Assembly: GCA_013166835.1 (NCBI GenBank)
Contig: JABLTI010000004.1
Coordinates: 1-60,035, forward strand
Direction: 5' to 3'
From: Promethearchaeati archaeon
GTDB lineage: Archaea > Asgardarchaeota > Heimdallarchaeia > JABLTI01
Length of the DNA: 60,035 bases
Numbering within the stretch: position 1 is the stretch's first letter; each line of letters opens with the position of its first letter. Below are positions 49,581 to 59,738 of the stretch, in pieces. Made by a program: the position numbers and the translations under genes. The notes under the pieces were generated by a model, which worked only from the letters and a program-made list of their open reading frames with translations, did not search any database and had not been told where the DNA came from.

Positions 49581-50516
49581 ATGTCTAAAGAAGATTTTCA
49601 AGAAGAAAAAGCTCAAATTGTATGTTCTGAATGTGGATCGTCAGATATCATTAGTGATTCAACAAGAGGAGAAAGAATATGCACAAATTGTGGCGCAGTA
49701 ATTGATGAGCACATTATAGATGAAGGGCCTGAATGGAGAGCTTTTACATCAGAAGAAAGAAACAAAAGAAGTAGAGTTGGTTCCCCAACATCTTTTGCAG
49801 TTCATGATAAAGGTCTAGCAACTCAGATAGGATGGGAAGATAGAGACGTCTATGGTAAAAAACTATCACCAAGAAGAAGAGCCCAAATTTATAGATTAAG
49901 AAAATGGCAAATTAGAACAAGGGTTCACTCATCAATGGACAGAAATTTAGCATATGCTATGAGTGAGCTAGACAGATTAAGCTCTCAGATTGGTATACCA
50001 AGAACTGTGAAAGAAACTGCAGCAGTAATTTACCGGAAAGCAATCGAAAGACATCTAATTCGTGGTAGAAGTATTGAAGCAATGATAGCAGCAGCTGTTT
50101 ATGCAGCAGCTAGAATTAGAAGAGTTCCAAGAACATTAGATGAAATCGCTAAAAACAGCAGAATTTCCAAAAAAGAACTTGGTAGATGTTACAGGTTAAT
50201 TATCAGAGAATTGCAAATACGTATTCCTTTAGCAAATCCAAATGATTATATTATAAGATTCAGTGCTGAGCTTAGATTATCTGGTCATACAGCACAAAGA
50301 GCAATAGAAATCATAGATCAAGCTAAGGAAAATGGTCTTACTGCAGGTAAAGATCCAACAGGATTAGCAGCTGCATCAATATATATAGCTGGAATCATCG
50401 AAGGCGAAAGAAGAACTCAAAGAGAAATCGCAGAAACCGCTACTGTTACTGAAGTTACTGTCAGGAATAGATACAAAGAACTTGTACGAAAATTAGGGAT
50501 TGAAATAACAGTATAA
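49581..50516 (+). CDS. tfb: transcription initiation factor IIB (canonical)
   Basis: CSEC..CTNCG, GPEWRAF, RLRKWQ, RGRSIE, GKDPTG, TEVTVRNRYKE. Confidence 0.97.
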   Translation: MSKEDFQEEKAQIVCSECGSSDIISDSTRGERICTNCGAVIDEHIIDEGPEWRAFTSEERNKRSRVGSPTSFAVHDKGLATQIGWEDRDVYGKKLSPRRRAQIYRLRKWQIRTRVHSSMDRNLAYAMSELDRLSSQIGIPRTVKETAAVIYRKAIERHLIRGRSIEAMIAAAVYAAARIRRVPRTLDEIAKNSRISKKELGRCYRLIIRELQIRIPLANPNDYIIRFSAELRLSGHTAQRAIEIIDQAKENGLTAGKDPTGLAAASIYIAGIIEGERRTQREIAETATVTEVTVRNRYKELVRKLGIEITV

Positions 50517-50528
50517 TGATTCTCAGTT

Positions 50529-50550
50529 TGATTCTGAAATTTCAGAATCA
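50529..50550. repeat. perfect 22-bp palindrome (terminator or operator)
   Basis: TGATTCTGAAATTTCAGAATCA between tfb and cofE, followed by T-rich sequence. Confidence 0.7.
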
Positions 50551-50575
50551 CTCTTTATTTTTATCTAGTTAGGGA

Positions 50576-51334
50576 TTGTTTAAGATGTTAGAAATTTTTT
50601 CACTAAAGCATTTTCCAATTATTAAACAAGATGATAATATTGCTCAAGAAATTTTGACAGGTCTGAGAAAGAATAATCTTGAGATAAAAAAGGGGGATAT
50701 ATTAATTATAGCGCAATCAATTATCTCGAGAGCAGAAGGTAGACTCATCAAACTCGATGAAATAAATCCCTCGGATTTTGCGATTGAAATAGCAAAACAA
50801 AGTAATAAGGATCCTAGACATGTCGAAATGATATTGAAAGAAGCAAAAAACATATGTAAAAATCGAAATGGTGTTTTAGTTACGGAAACGAAACATGGAT
50901 TTGTTTGTGCAAATAGTGGGATAGATAAATCAAATGTACCAGGAGAGAATACAATATCATTACTACCTGTCGATTCCGATAATTCAGCAAAAAAAATACG
51001 AAAATATATTAAAAAACAAGCTAAAAAAGATGTAGCTGTAATAATTTCAGATACACATAATAGACCGTTTAGATTAGGTGCTATAAATATCGCAATTGGA
51101 TGTTCAGGAATCGATCCAATAAAGAGTTACTTAAAAGAAACGGATTTATTCGGATACTCCTTAAAAAAATCAACAGTTTCAGTTGTTGATCAATTATGCT
51201 CAGCGGCTGGTTTAATAATGGGAGAAGCTAGGGAAGGAACACCTGTCATAATAATTCGTGGTTACAAATTTTCTGATAAGGATATTTCAGCAAAAACTTT
51301 GATTCGACCAGCAGAAAGAGATTATTTTAGATGA
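50576..51334 (+). CDS. cofE: coenzyme F420-0:L-glutamate ligase
   Basis: ISRAEGR, CANSGIDKSN, VIISDT.NRPFR.G, MGEAREGTP. Confidence 0.92.
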   Translation: MFKMLEIFSLKHFPIIKQDDNIAQEILTGLRKNNLEIKKGDILIIAQSIISRAEGRLIKLDEINPSDFAIEIAKQSNKDPRHVEMILKEAKNICKNRNGVLVTETKHGFVCANSGIDKSNVPGENTISLLPVDSDNSAKKIRKYIKKQAKKDVAVIISDTHNRPFRLGAINIAIGCSGIDPIKSYLKETDLFGYSLKKSTVSVVDQLCSAAGLIMGEAREGTPVIIIRGYKFSDKDISAKTLIRPAERDYFR

Positions 51335-53267
51335 AATCTCTCGAAGTAAAGAAGATTACTTGAAAAATTGTGACTATATTTTCTAATTGAGTATCAGAAG
51401 AAACTAATTCATAAAGACTTATTGTGAAAAGAGGATTGGATATTCTTATAGTTCCAAAATTGGGATAAGGGTTACTCGAGGTAATATTCACACTACTAGT
51501 AACAATAACGCCTGTTTCAACAAAGCTTAGAGGAACATATCTTAAATCATATGTTGGAGTTCGAATACCTTGCCACTCAGCAGATATATAATGCAATCCA
51601 CTAGCTGCGTCAACAGGATATGAATAACTAATCGTAGCTTCACCGGCAATATTAGTAAGAGCAGAGTCAAGTACATCGTTTGTTGTAGTGTCTATGAAAG
51701 TGATTTGTTCTCCTTGAATAAACTCTAAGTCACCAGGTCCAAAACCTAAAATATAATTAAAGAAATCTTGATCATTTCCATTGGCTAAATAGGCCGTTAG
51801 AGAAAAGGATTGTGATCTATTAATATAAGGACCATACCAATTTCCAGGATTATATGGATCATTGTACCAAGCAGTAGAGAGAGGATTTGGAACAAAATAC
51901 GGATACGAAGGTTGTGGTAACATATGCATGGGAGAGATAAAGAATTCATTTGTACAATAGAAAACAGTTTCAAAACCAATGGTGTTTACACCAAATTGAT
52001 CACGTAAACCGGGAATTAAAGGTGATGGATCAAATGCAACCCAATAACCACCACTAGCTGTAGGAATAAAAACCTCAACCCATGAATGGATGTGTTTTGC
52101 TCTTATTATGAATTCGCTACCAACTTGATCACCAGAAGAGAAGCCTAAAACAATTCGTGATGGAATATTTTGTAAACGACAAATAATAGATAAGGCAGCT
52201 GCATAATGGGCAGCAGTGCCCATTCGACGATCCAAAAACCATTCAACATAATCCTCGCCTGGGGCAGGTGCTTCAGTAGAAAGACCTAACAACATATCAA
52301 TATCATAACTACAATTATTTGCAAGCCAAAACATATCTCTGTAAACTTGATCATATATAGTGTTAGAAGTATTAAGCAAACTATTTGCTATTTGTACGGT
52401 ATCTGGTGCTTGAGTTGAATAATCAGTAGGAAGCTGAAGATATCTATCACTTAAAGTGGAATCAGAAGCAACTAGAGTTGCTAGAGAACTGAAGCCTTCA
52501 CTTCCTTGTCTAATATCCGAATTATTTTGTAAAGTATAATAAGTATCATAGTAAATTGTAGTGTTTCCTAGTGTAGGTTCAAATTGAGCACTAATTACTT
52601 TGCTTCCATACATATCTTCTTGTAAAATTGTATAGGGTTCTACCCACTCACTATCAGGTTCAAAATATGTATTATTTGCAAAAATTTCATTGTATTGATA
52701 ATGATAAGGAGCAGGAAAATTACTTGCGATAATACCACCACCGTAAGCAAGATCAGCTTGAACAGTAAAGATTCCATCGTCATCAGCAGCAGGATGAAAT
52801 GGATATCCGAAAATTTCTGTTGTTGATATGTTTTTGGCCCAGCTATCCATAAGGTATTCATCAAAAACTTCTAACCGCCAATAGAAATACTCATCTGCAG
52901 GTGTTATTCGAAACATAATTCGTTCAGGATCAGCCACACCATTTGTAAAACCATCCATAAAATCTTGTGTGCCATTTAGATCATCTGGATCTATATCAAG
53001 ACCAGGGGTTCCATCATTAAATAAATCATACAGACCATCTGGAAAGGGTGCGTCTATTATATCATCAATTCTTTGATGACGAGTATTGAAAGCTTCAAAA
53101 AGAACAGGGGTTAAGATAATAGCAATCAAGAAAAGAGAGGGTAAGAAAATCTTGGTAAAATTAGACTTAGTAAAGATTTTACTCTTTTTTGGAGCAACTT
53201 GTTCTTTAGGACTCCTAGGAACGGGGCCTCGTTGAGACTTTCCTCTATCTTGAGACAAATAGATCAC
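51327..53267 (-). CDS. membrane-anchored transglutaminase-like domain protein (catalytic Cys absent)
   Basis: YWR..FD, G-T-A-A-H-Y-A...R..IPSR.V.G, HSWVEV, FDP. Confidence 0.8.
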   Translation of the reverse strand: MIYLSQDRGKSQRGPVPRSPKEQVAPKKSKIFTKSNFTKIFLPSLFLIAIILTPVLFEAFNTRHQRIDDIIDAPFPDGLYDLFNDGTPGLDIDPDDLNGTQDFMDGFTNGVADPERIMFRITPADEYFYWRLEVFDEYLMDSWAKNISTTEIFGYPFHPAADDDGIFTVQADLAYGGGIIASNFPAPYHYQYNEIFANNTYFEPDSEWVEPYTILQEDMYGSKVISAQFEPTLGNTTIYYDTYYTLQNNSDIRQGSEGFSSLATLVASDSTLSDRYLQLPTDYSTQAPDTVQIANSLLNTSNTIYDQVYRDMFWLANNCSYDIDMLLGLSTEAPAPGEDYVEWFLDRRMGTAAHYAAALSIICRLQNIPSRIVLGFSSGDQVGSEFIIRAKHIHSWVEVFIPTASGGYWVAFDPSPLIPGLRDQFGVNTIGFETVFYCTNEFFISPMHMLPQPSYPYFVPNPLSTAWYNDPYNPGNWYGPYINRSQSFSLTAYLANGNDQDFFNYILGFGPGDLEFIQGEQITFIDTTTNDVLDSALTNIAGEATISYSYPVDAASGLHYISAEWQGIRTPTYDLRYVPLSFVETGVIVTSSVNITSSNPYPNFGTIRISNPLFTISLYELVSSDTQLENIVTIFQVIFFTSRDFI

Positions 53268-53330
53268 CCATTAAGCAGAATAAAATATAATCATTAAACT
53301 ATATCAATATACGCTTTGGAACATATTTCA

Positions 53331-53846
53331 CTATGTTATAGAAATACGAGAAATTATCTGTTCTACAATATTTTCAGGAATAAGATCAGAAGTATCTATT
53401 TCAAGAATAAGGGAACTTGGTAGTTGTTCTTGCATTGCAATAAGACATTCATCCATAATTTCTGCTTGAACGTTTTCCTCTATTTTGCTGTGAGAATAGT
53501 CTCGAGATAAAGACAGTCGTTCTCGTAAAATACTCGGATTGCACCTTAATATGAACGCAAACTTTACAAATTCCATAGGAACAATTTCAGAAGTATGACC
53601 TTCTATGAATAGTAACCCTGAAAATTGCTCAAGTTCTTTTTCAATTTTAATTTTTAAGACATTTTCATCGATAATAACACTCGCTCGAGAGTAATCATAA
53701 CCAAAGTATAAACCATGTTGAATTATAAAATCATTGAGATTTATAACAGAGTATTCTTTTAATCTCAATAAATCACTAATAGTTGTTTTACCTACACCAG
53801 GTGTTCCGGAAAGCAGAATTACTCGAGATGATTGTTTTCTGGACAT
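53331..53846 (-). CDS. AK6/Fap7-type adenylate kinase
   Basis: SGTPGVGKTT, FIEGH, LRCNP..L..RL, KIEENVQAE. Confidence 0.88.
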   Translation of the reverse strand: MSRKQSSRVILLSGTPGVGKTTISDLLRLKEYSVINLNDFIIQHGLYFGYDYSRASVIIDENVLKIKIEKELEQFSGLLFIEGHTSEIVPMEFVKFAFILRCNPSILRERLSLSRDYSHSKIEENVQAEIMDECLIAMQEQLPSSLILEIDTSDLIPENIVEQIISRISIT

Positions 53847-53910
53847 TAATTACATCACAATATATGTAAGAAACTATGAAATAAAAAAAATATTGGAAAA
53901 AAAGGAAAAA

Positions 53911-54276
53911 TTACCCTGCACTCTTAGGTTCAAGCTCAATTGAAAGTAAGTCTTCGCTATCTTCAATGACTTGTACTGCTGCCGAAGGAGCTACTACAGT
54001 GTATTTTGCATCATTATTTTGAGGTAATTTTTTGAAGAACCTTCTAGATTCTGTAGGACCACGATTCCAATTGAAAAACTCAACACCAATAAAGTTATCA
54101 AAATCAATAACCATCATGGTTTGTTTTATTAATTCAGCTTGTTCTTCAGATGTTAATCCACTTTCAATAATTAAGACTCTATTCTGTCGTACTAAACGAA
54201 TAATCATCTTAATTTTCTCAAAAGGAGTAAGTTTATCTGTGGCATTTTTGGTAATAAAATCTACGTAATACTTCAT
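53911..54276 (-). CDS. oapB: origin-associated protein B (DUF2073 family)
   Basis: EKIKMII..V....VLIIESGLTSEEQAELIKQTM..I..DNF.G.E; downstream of oapA. Confidence 0.75.
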   Translation of the reverse strand: MKYYVDFITKNATDKLTPFEKIKMIIRLVRQNRVLIIESGLTSEEQAELIKQTMMVIDFDNFIGVEFFNWNRGPTESRRFFKKLPQNNDAKYTVVAPSAAVQVIEDSEDLLSIELEPKSAG

Positions 54277-54285
54277 TTTTTCACC

Positions 54286-54897
54286 TCAAGACATCTTCTT
54301 AATTGCTTCATACAATGCACTAACATTGTCCCCTGTTTTAGCAGAAACAGCAACAATCATTTGATCAGAAAATGTTTGCCGTACTAATTCAGGTCGTGAA
54401 TCAGGGAGATCAGTTTTGTTGGCAATAATAATAATTGGAATTTTTTGTAATTGTAAATTCCCAATGATTGTTAAATTAACTTGTTCAAAGGGTGTTTTTG
54501 TGGAATCTAAGATTACTAGTGCAACATCAACTTGATCAATCATTTTTATGGCTTCAAGAATTCCTTTCGTAGCTTCTTTTGCTCTCTGTATGGCTTCGTT
54601 TTCTGTTAACCCGAATTTTACAAAATTACGATAGTCAACAGTCGTAGCTATTCCTGGCATATCCATTAAAGTAAAATTTAATTCATAGCCATCCTTTTTT
54701 AACCGTGCATTCTCTAATTTGACTACTTTTCGCGTTTCATGTGGTATCTCAGATACTGGACCTAAGTCTTCATGACCTAGATCATTGGCAATACGATTAG
54801 CCAAAGTAGTTTTTCCTGCATTTACCTCACCGTAAAACGCAAGTCTTATGTCTTTTTTCTTTTTTCTACTGAGGATTTTGCTAATCCAATTAGACAA
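54286..54897 (-). CDS. oapA: origin-associated Era-like GTPase
   Basis: GEVNAGKTTLANRI, SEIPHETR, DMPGIAT.VDY, RAKEATKG, NKTD, SAK. TTG start at 54897 follows GGAGG. Confidence 0.85.
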   Translation of the reverse strand: MSNWISKILSRKKKKDIRLAFYGEVNAGKTTLANRIANDLGHEDLGPVSEIPHETRKVVKLENARLKKDGYELNFTLMDMPGIATTVDYRNFVKFGLTENEAIQRAKEATKGILEAIKMIDQVDVALVILDSTKTPFEQVNLTIIGNLQLQKIPIIIIANKTDLPDSRPELVRQTFSDQMIVAVSAKTGDNVSALYEAIKKMS

Positions 54898-55374
54898 ATA
54901 TAGACCTCCATTACATAATAACAAGCTAAGTAGAACAAAATAAGCACATAAGAAGTGTTATTATCTACATATTTTCCTCATAAGATTTCGAGAAAAAAGT
55001 TAGAATTTTTACAAGTTATTCACGGAAATTGTGTATACACGTGAACACAGTATACACTATATACACAGTATATACAAGATATCCGTTGAAAAGTTAATAA
55101 ATCAATATTTTACTCGAGATACTAATAGGGAAAGTAATGAAAAAGCAGGATCTTAGTATTAATAAGCTGTAAATTTATACTATTTTTATCATATTTACTC
55201 AAAACAATGTATATTATTTGTAAAAATTAAAGATTTTTTGTATAATTGATTAAGAAAAGAAGGTTTCTCTGGCTTTCTTTTCACAAAAGGACAATGTTCT
55301 CCTATTCTTTTGTGAATTCACAGATTTTCTGTGAACGTGTGAACAAAACAGGAAATATCTGTATCTAGTTTGAT

Positions 55375-55396
55375 TTTCCAGTGGAAATTAAGGGGT
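55375..55396 (+). promoter_or_regulatory. canonical ORB
   Basis: TTTCCAGTGGAAATTAAGGGGT matches the archaeal ORB dyad plus G-string. Confidence 0.9.
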
Positions 55397-55540
55397 TTTA
55401 ATAAATGATAATAAGAAAAGAGTATTTTTGTCGGGTTATTTTCTTTTTTTGTTAAAAGAAATTTAGTGTTCACAAATAAACAAATAGTTATTCACAAAAT
55501 AAGGGTTTCTGACTGCTCTTGGATCAAATTTTTAGTACCT

Positions 55541-55561
55541 CCCCATCTCTTCTATTGGAAC
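55541..55561 (-). promoter_or_regulatory. ORB
   Basis: GTTCCAATAGAAGAGATGGGG on the minus strand. Confidence 0.75.
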
Positions 55562-55695
55562 TAGTATATTTTTCCTAATAGCCTATTCTCATTAAATAAT
55601 ATATAATATATAAATCTCAGTTTGGTACTTAAGATACTATCTAATATATTAATCTTTTCTTTAATTAAATAGATAATATTTAAATAAAATAAATA

Positions 55696-55717
55696 TTTCC
55701 AATAGAAATATACGGGT
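55696..55717 (+). promoter_or_regulatory. ORB
   Basis: TTTCCAATAGAAATATACGGGT. Confidence 0.75.
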
Positions 55718-55828
55718 CTAAGACCTTAAAAATCAGGATCACATATTAGTAACAATGAAAAAATAAGTAGGGAAAAAATATAATATCCTCATAATATTCA
55801 GATATTAAAATATAATATAAGTTAACTT

Positions 55829-55847
55829 ACCTATACTTCTATTGGAG
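55829..55847 (-). promoter_or_regulatory. mini-ORB
   Basis: CTCCAATAGAAGTATAGGT on the minus strand. Confidence 0.6.
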
Positions 55848-55855
55848 ACAAGCCA

Positions 55856-56293
55856 TTGAGTAAGAGAAAAATTAAAGTTGAAATGAGTGACGAGCAAGAT
55901 AATAAAGTCACAATAACATTTGAAGGAACTTTAGATGAAAAAAGCTTGAAATCTTTAGTTGTCTCTGCCAATAATATATTAGGGAAAAGTCCTGGATCAT
56001 TAGAAGATTCACCTGATATCCCAATAGAAGATGCATTAGATATGCCGGTTTTTGATCGAGTTAAATTGTTAATTTCAACAGCTTATGGAACAGGAGCCTT
56101 GTTTACAACAAATGATATCTGCGATTCATATCAAGACCTATTTAATACCAGGTTGAAAATAACAACAGGAAGTACATATTTATCAAGATTATATGAAGAT
56201 GGATTCTTAACTCGCAGTGGAAATAGAAATGAACGAAAATATCAATTAAAGAAAGAAATCCGAGAGAAACTCCCAAAATTAATAACTCAATGA
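55856..56293 (+). CDS. origin-adjacent winged-helix protein
   Basis: N-terminal beta-hairpin (KIKVE...VTITFEG) and C-terminal wHTH FTT.DI...Y......STYLSRL...G.L.R. Confidence 0.75.
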   Translation: MSKRKIKVEMSDEQDNKVTITFEGTLDEKSLKSLVVSANNILGKSPGSLEDSPDIPIEDALDMPVFDRVKLLISTAYGTGALFTTNDICDSYQDLFNTRLKITTGSTYLSRLYEDGFLTRSGNRNERKYQLKKEIREKLPKLITQ

Positions 56294-56294
56294 A

Positions 56295-56603
56295 TTAATG
56301 ATCATAATTGATATTATTAGCTATTTCAATCTCATTTTGAAATAAATTACCAAGTGAATCAAACACTTTCTTTCCAAATTCAGATAAATATACAATTCCA
56401 GGAGCATTTTCAATTAAACTTGCTTTCCCATATTCTTGCAAGTATCTTGAGATAGTAATGTTAGAGAAGCCGGTCCAGTCAGTTAATTCATTTCTGGTAC
56501 AAAAGTCGCTTTTTGATATAAGAGTAAATATTAACCTGGAACTATACGTACTAAAACAATTTTTTGTAATATTAACAAGTAATAACTCTTGAATCATAGT
56601 CAT
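56295..56603 (-). CDS. small wHTH protein
   Basis: TRNELTDWTGFSNITISRYL...LI.....YLSEFG. Confidence 0.7.
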   Translation of the reverse strand: MTMIQELLLVNITKNCFSTYSSRLIFTLISKSDFCTRNELTDWTGFSNITISRYLQEYGKASLIENAPGIVYLSEFGKKVFDSLGNLFQNEIEIANNINYDH

Positions 56604-56652
56604 CTAAAATACATCTAAAATTTAAGAATAAAAACACAGCAATAATAAAAGA

Positions 56653-58263
56653 TTAAATTAGAATAATGTCAAAAATAGCTGATAATTCTTCAAAGTTATC
56701 CTCATTAATGCTAAAACCAAATGTCTTAATCTTAGTCTTTAAGTCTGATAGAAGATTCATTTCTTTTTCTAATCTAATAAATTCCTTAATTTCACCAAGT
56801 AAAAATATCTCCTGAAAAGACCGCTTCTTCACAAGATCTATACTATCAGAGATTATTGCTTGCATTTTCTCCTTGGAAATATCCTTGACTAATACTGATT
56901 GTGTTAAAGGATAAACTTCACTAACCTCAATAGGCAAAAGACCAAAATATGGGGCAACAATCCAAATCTCAAATTTCTTAATTAGATCTGGGTATTTAGT
57001 AATATAATTTCGAATAATTTTGTAGATTTGATATGTTTCTTTAATCTCATCATTCAATAATGAAATGAGTAAAAGCTTCTTTCTCTTTCTTGAAGATAAA
57101 TTGTTCAGTCGATCTTTATGAAGTAAAATCTCAGGTCGATTTAAATCAGATTCAGAAGTAAACAAGATACCCTTTTTCTTTGTAGAAGCTGTATTCTTAG
57201 ATAATTGTCTCGAGTATTTCTGTAACCTATCAAAACCTCTTCTTAAACTTGGATGAACTCTAGATCTACTCTCAAGTAAATTCCAGAAAGTACCGGAAGA
57301 GATTGAATTCCTAATATGCTTAATCTCAGTTTGACAGACATGCAAATTATGAGCAGATAATAATTTCTTTCTTTCAAATTTTTCTAGCTTCATAAGATCC
57401 TTTGGATTAATGCTAGAGCAAATGGGGCAATTGCAAGGAAATTCATTAAGATCTGCTAATTGGTAAGTATAATTATTAGTCATATATCGATTATCTTGAG
57501 CATATAAAGCATAGGCCGCTGAATCAAAAGTATCACACCCAGCAGCAACTATCAATGGAAACATAGAGGGGTGTCCCGCTCCAAATAAATGGATGGGTTT
57601 CGCAGGATTGAGAATCTGTTTAGCTGTAAGAATAATATCAACTAAAGTATCATATTTGTAATCATTCATTAATTCAACTACACTACCAATGGCGAACATA
57701 TTAAAGCAATCAACTTTGTTCGCTTCAATGGCTGTCTTCTTTACTAGATCGAGAAATCTTCCGCCCTGAATGGGACCCACCCAAATGGTTTTTTGAGATT
57801 TAATTAATGAAGGAACTTTTTGATTTCGCAAAATAGTTTCTTGAACTTTAGATTTAGCAATTTCATAAGAGTCAGTTTTTGATATTGGAATATCCAAAGG
57901 AACAGCAAAATCAGAACCAATCATTTCTTGATACTCAATTACATTTTCCGGGGTCAAATCAATCTCACCATAAACTAATGATTGATACGCTCCAGAATCG
58001 GTCATAATTGGACCTTGAAAATTAGTAAGATCATGAAGATTAATCTCACTATCCGAAAATCTTTTCTTTAAAATATAAGAACTTGTAATAATTAAATCAA
58101 CATCAAACTTTGATTGAAAATCTGCAACATTTATAAGATTCTTCGAAACTTCTGGATGAACTACGGGAACAAAACTAGGAGTTCTAATCTTGCCTTTTAA
58201 GGAATGAATTATTCCATTTCTTCCTAGTAAATCACTTTCAGATATTTCAAACAAAACAATCAC
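56653..58263 (-). CDS. tgtA: archaeosine tRNA-guanine(15) transglycosylase
   Basis: TPSFVPV, MTDSGAYQ, PIQGG, HLFGAGHP, FDSAAY, CNCPIC..HNL. Confidence 0.93.
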   Translation of the reverse strand: MIVLFEISESDLLGRNGIIHSLKGKIRTPSFVPVVHPEVSKNLINVADFQSKFDVDLIITSSYILKKRFSDSEINLHDLTNFQGPIMTDSGAYQSLVYGEIDLTPENVIEYQEMIGSDFAVPLDIPISKTDSYEIAKSKVQETILRNQKVPSLIKSQKTIWVGPIQGGRFLDLVKKTAIEANKVDCFNMFAIGSVVELMNDYKYDTLVDIILTAKQILNPAKPIHLFGAGHPSMFPLIVAAGCDTFDSAAYALYAQDNRYMTNNYTYQLADLNEFPCNCPICSSINPKDLMKLEKFERKKLLSAHNLHVCQTEIKHIRNSISSGTFWNLLESRSRVHPSLRRGFDRLQKYSRQLSKNTASTKKKGILFTSESDLNRPEILLHKDRLNNLSSRKRKKLLLISLLNDEIKETYQIYKIIRNYITKYPDLIKKFEIWIVAPYFGLLPIEVSEVYPLTQSVLVKDISKEKMQAIISDSIDLVKKRSFQEIFLLGEIKEFIRLEKEMNLLSDLKTKIKTFGFSINEDNFEELSAIFDIILI

Positions 58264-58302
58264 CAGAAGTTAAAATAAAATTAGGAAGAAGACAAAAATA
58301 AA

Positions 58303-58755
58303 TTATTCATCTTTTTCTTCTTCTTCAGCTAGACTTTCCATGAATTGTTCGAAAACAACTCTGACTCTATCTGCTACAGGACCTGTACCTTCGACTCCTT
58401 TCTCTGTAACCTTGACTTTGTTTAAAACTTGGATCATACGAGCATCCTCATATAGTTTAACATCAGCCTCAAGTAAATTCAATCTTTCTTGTAATTCCGA
58501 AGCGAGTCCACTTAAATCAAAAGGTTGTTCAGAAATTAAAATCTCAGAAATGATAGGTCCTCTAAGAAAAACTTTGAAGTAAGAGTTTTTACCCTCATTA
58601 ACGTTTGATAAGCATAAATCAAAAGTATCAGGGTTCCAGGCTTTTAACAAACCATTAAAGCTTTTCCCAGAAGTTGTAACAACTGTGATATATTTTCCTT
58701 TTAAATCGGCTAATTCTTTATTGAAAACCCATTTTGGGGTTGTGGTAGTTGACAT
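58303..58755 (-). CDS. Sm-like (Lsm, SmAP3-type) RNA-binding protein
   Basis: Sm1/Sm2 motifs (GKSFNGLL...LCL..., FLRG..I) plus a C-terminal domain (V.V.E.GVEG.GP.A.RV). Confidence 0.85.
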   Translation of the reverse strand: MSTTTTPKWVFNKELADLKGKYITVVTTSGKSFNGLLKAWNPDTFDLCLSNVNEGKNSYFKVFLRGPIISEILISEQPFDLSGLASELQERLNLLEADVKLYEDARMIQVLNKVKVTEKGVEGTGPVADRVRVVFEQFMESLAEEEEKDE

Positions 58756-58860
58756 TAATATTCTCCGTCCTATGTTCTAATTCGAAGGAATTTTCTTCTA
58801 GGTTAAAAAAAATTCGGTCGCTTCCTTTTTGAAACAGAATAAGGAAGCACATTTATTGTA

Positions 58861-59565
58861 TTATTTGAAGAGATAATCATCATTATTTGTACTTTCGACT
58901 AAGATTCGTTGTCCACATTTTGGACAAGAATTCCAAGTAGCATTTATATCATAACCGCATCTTTTGCAATATGAATTAGAGAGCTCTTCAGTTTTATAAT
59001 CATCATAATCATAGACCTGTTTCTCTTGAGAGTATTCCTTCTCTGGGTATTTCTTACTCTGGAAAAGTGAATCCTCAAATTGTTTCTCTCGAGGATTATC
59101 ATAGAAACTTTCATCTTCAAATTGAGGTCGTTCCTCTCTTTCCGGTTCCTCATAGAAATTCGATCTATCCGAAATATTTCCCTCAAACAAATCATGATTA
59201 TTTGGTTGTATAAAATCACGTCTCGAAGGTTCTTTTCTATAATCTGATGAGTCACTACGTTCTTGCATAGGACGAGCTAAAGGTGGCTCATAATCATAGC
59301 TATCTGCTTCTTGAGTAGCTTGAGTCTTTTGTAGTTTTAAGAATTCAACAAGAGCAATTCTTTTGTCACAAGCAGAAGCCAAAGGACACCTATTTCCGTC
59401 TAAATTAGAAATTGATGTAATTTGTTCACCATCGATTGTTAAACCGTTTTTGTTCAAATGGATTCGAATACCATGACGACGTATAATACTAATTAAATCA
59501 TTTACAGAGAAAATTTGACCGTTAAGTACAAAAATTCCTTCAGGGTTATCCTCGTAATTAATCAT
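58861..59565 (-). CDS. hypothetical protein with acidic disordered linker and C-terminal zinc ribbon
   Basis: CKRCG.....WNSCPKCG. Confidence 0.7.
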   Translation of the reverse strand: MINYEDNPEGIFVLNGQIFSVNDLISIIRRHGIRIHLNKNGLTIDGEQITSISNLDGNRCPLASACDKRIALVEFLKLQKTQATQEADSYDYEPPLARPMQERSDSSDYRKEPSRRDFIQPNNHDLFEGNISDRSNFYEEPEREERPQFEDESFYDNPREKQFEDSLFQSKKYPEKEYSQEKQVYDYDDYKTEELSNSYCKRCGYDINATWNSCPKCGQRILVESTNNDDYLFK

Positions 59566-59738
59566 TTGGAAACACCACTACAAAGGATACTTTTACGGAA
59601 GTAATACATAAAAATACGGTATTTCCAGATGTTATCTTAATATTCCCAGCAACAATACGTTAGTATTTAAAATTTTGTTTTCCTAACAAAACATTAAAAA
59701 GAGACTGTATCAGCAAACATAATTACCCACTAAAAAAC

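Larger units (their letters stand above)
54925..55855. other. chromosomal replication origin (oriC)
   Basis: ORB boxes at 55375-55396(+), 55541-55561(-), 55696-55717(+) and 55829-55847(-); AT-rich 55562-55695; adjacent to oapAB. Confidence 0.85.
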
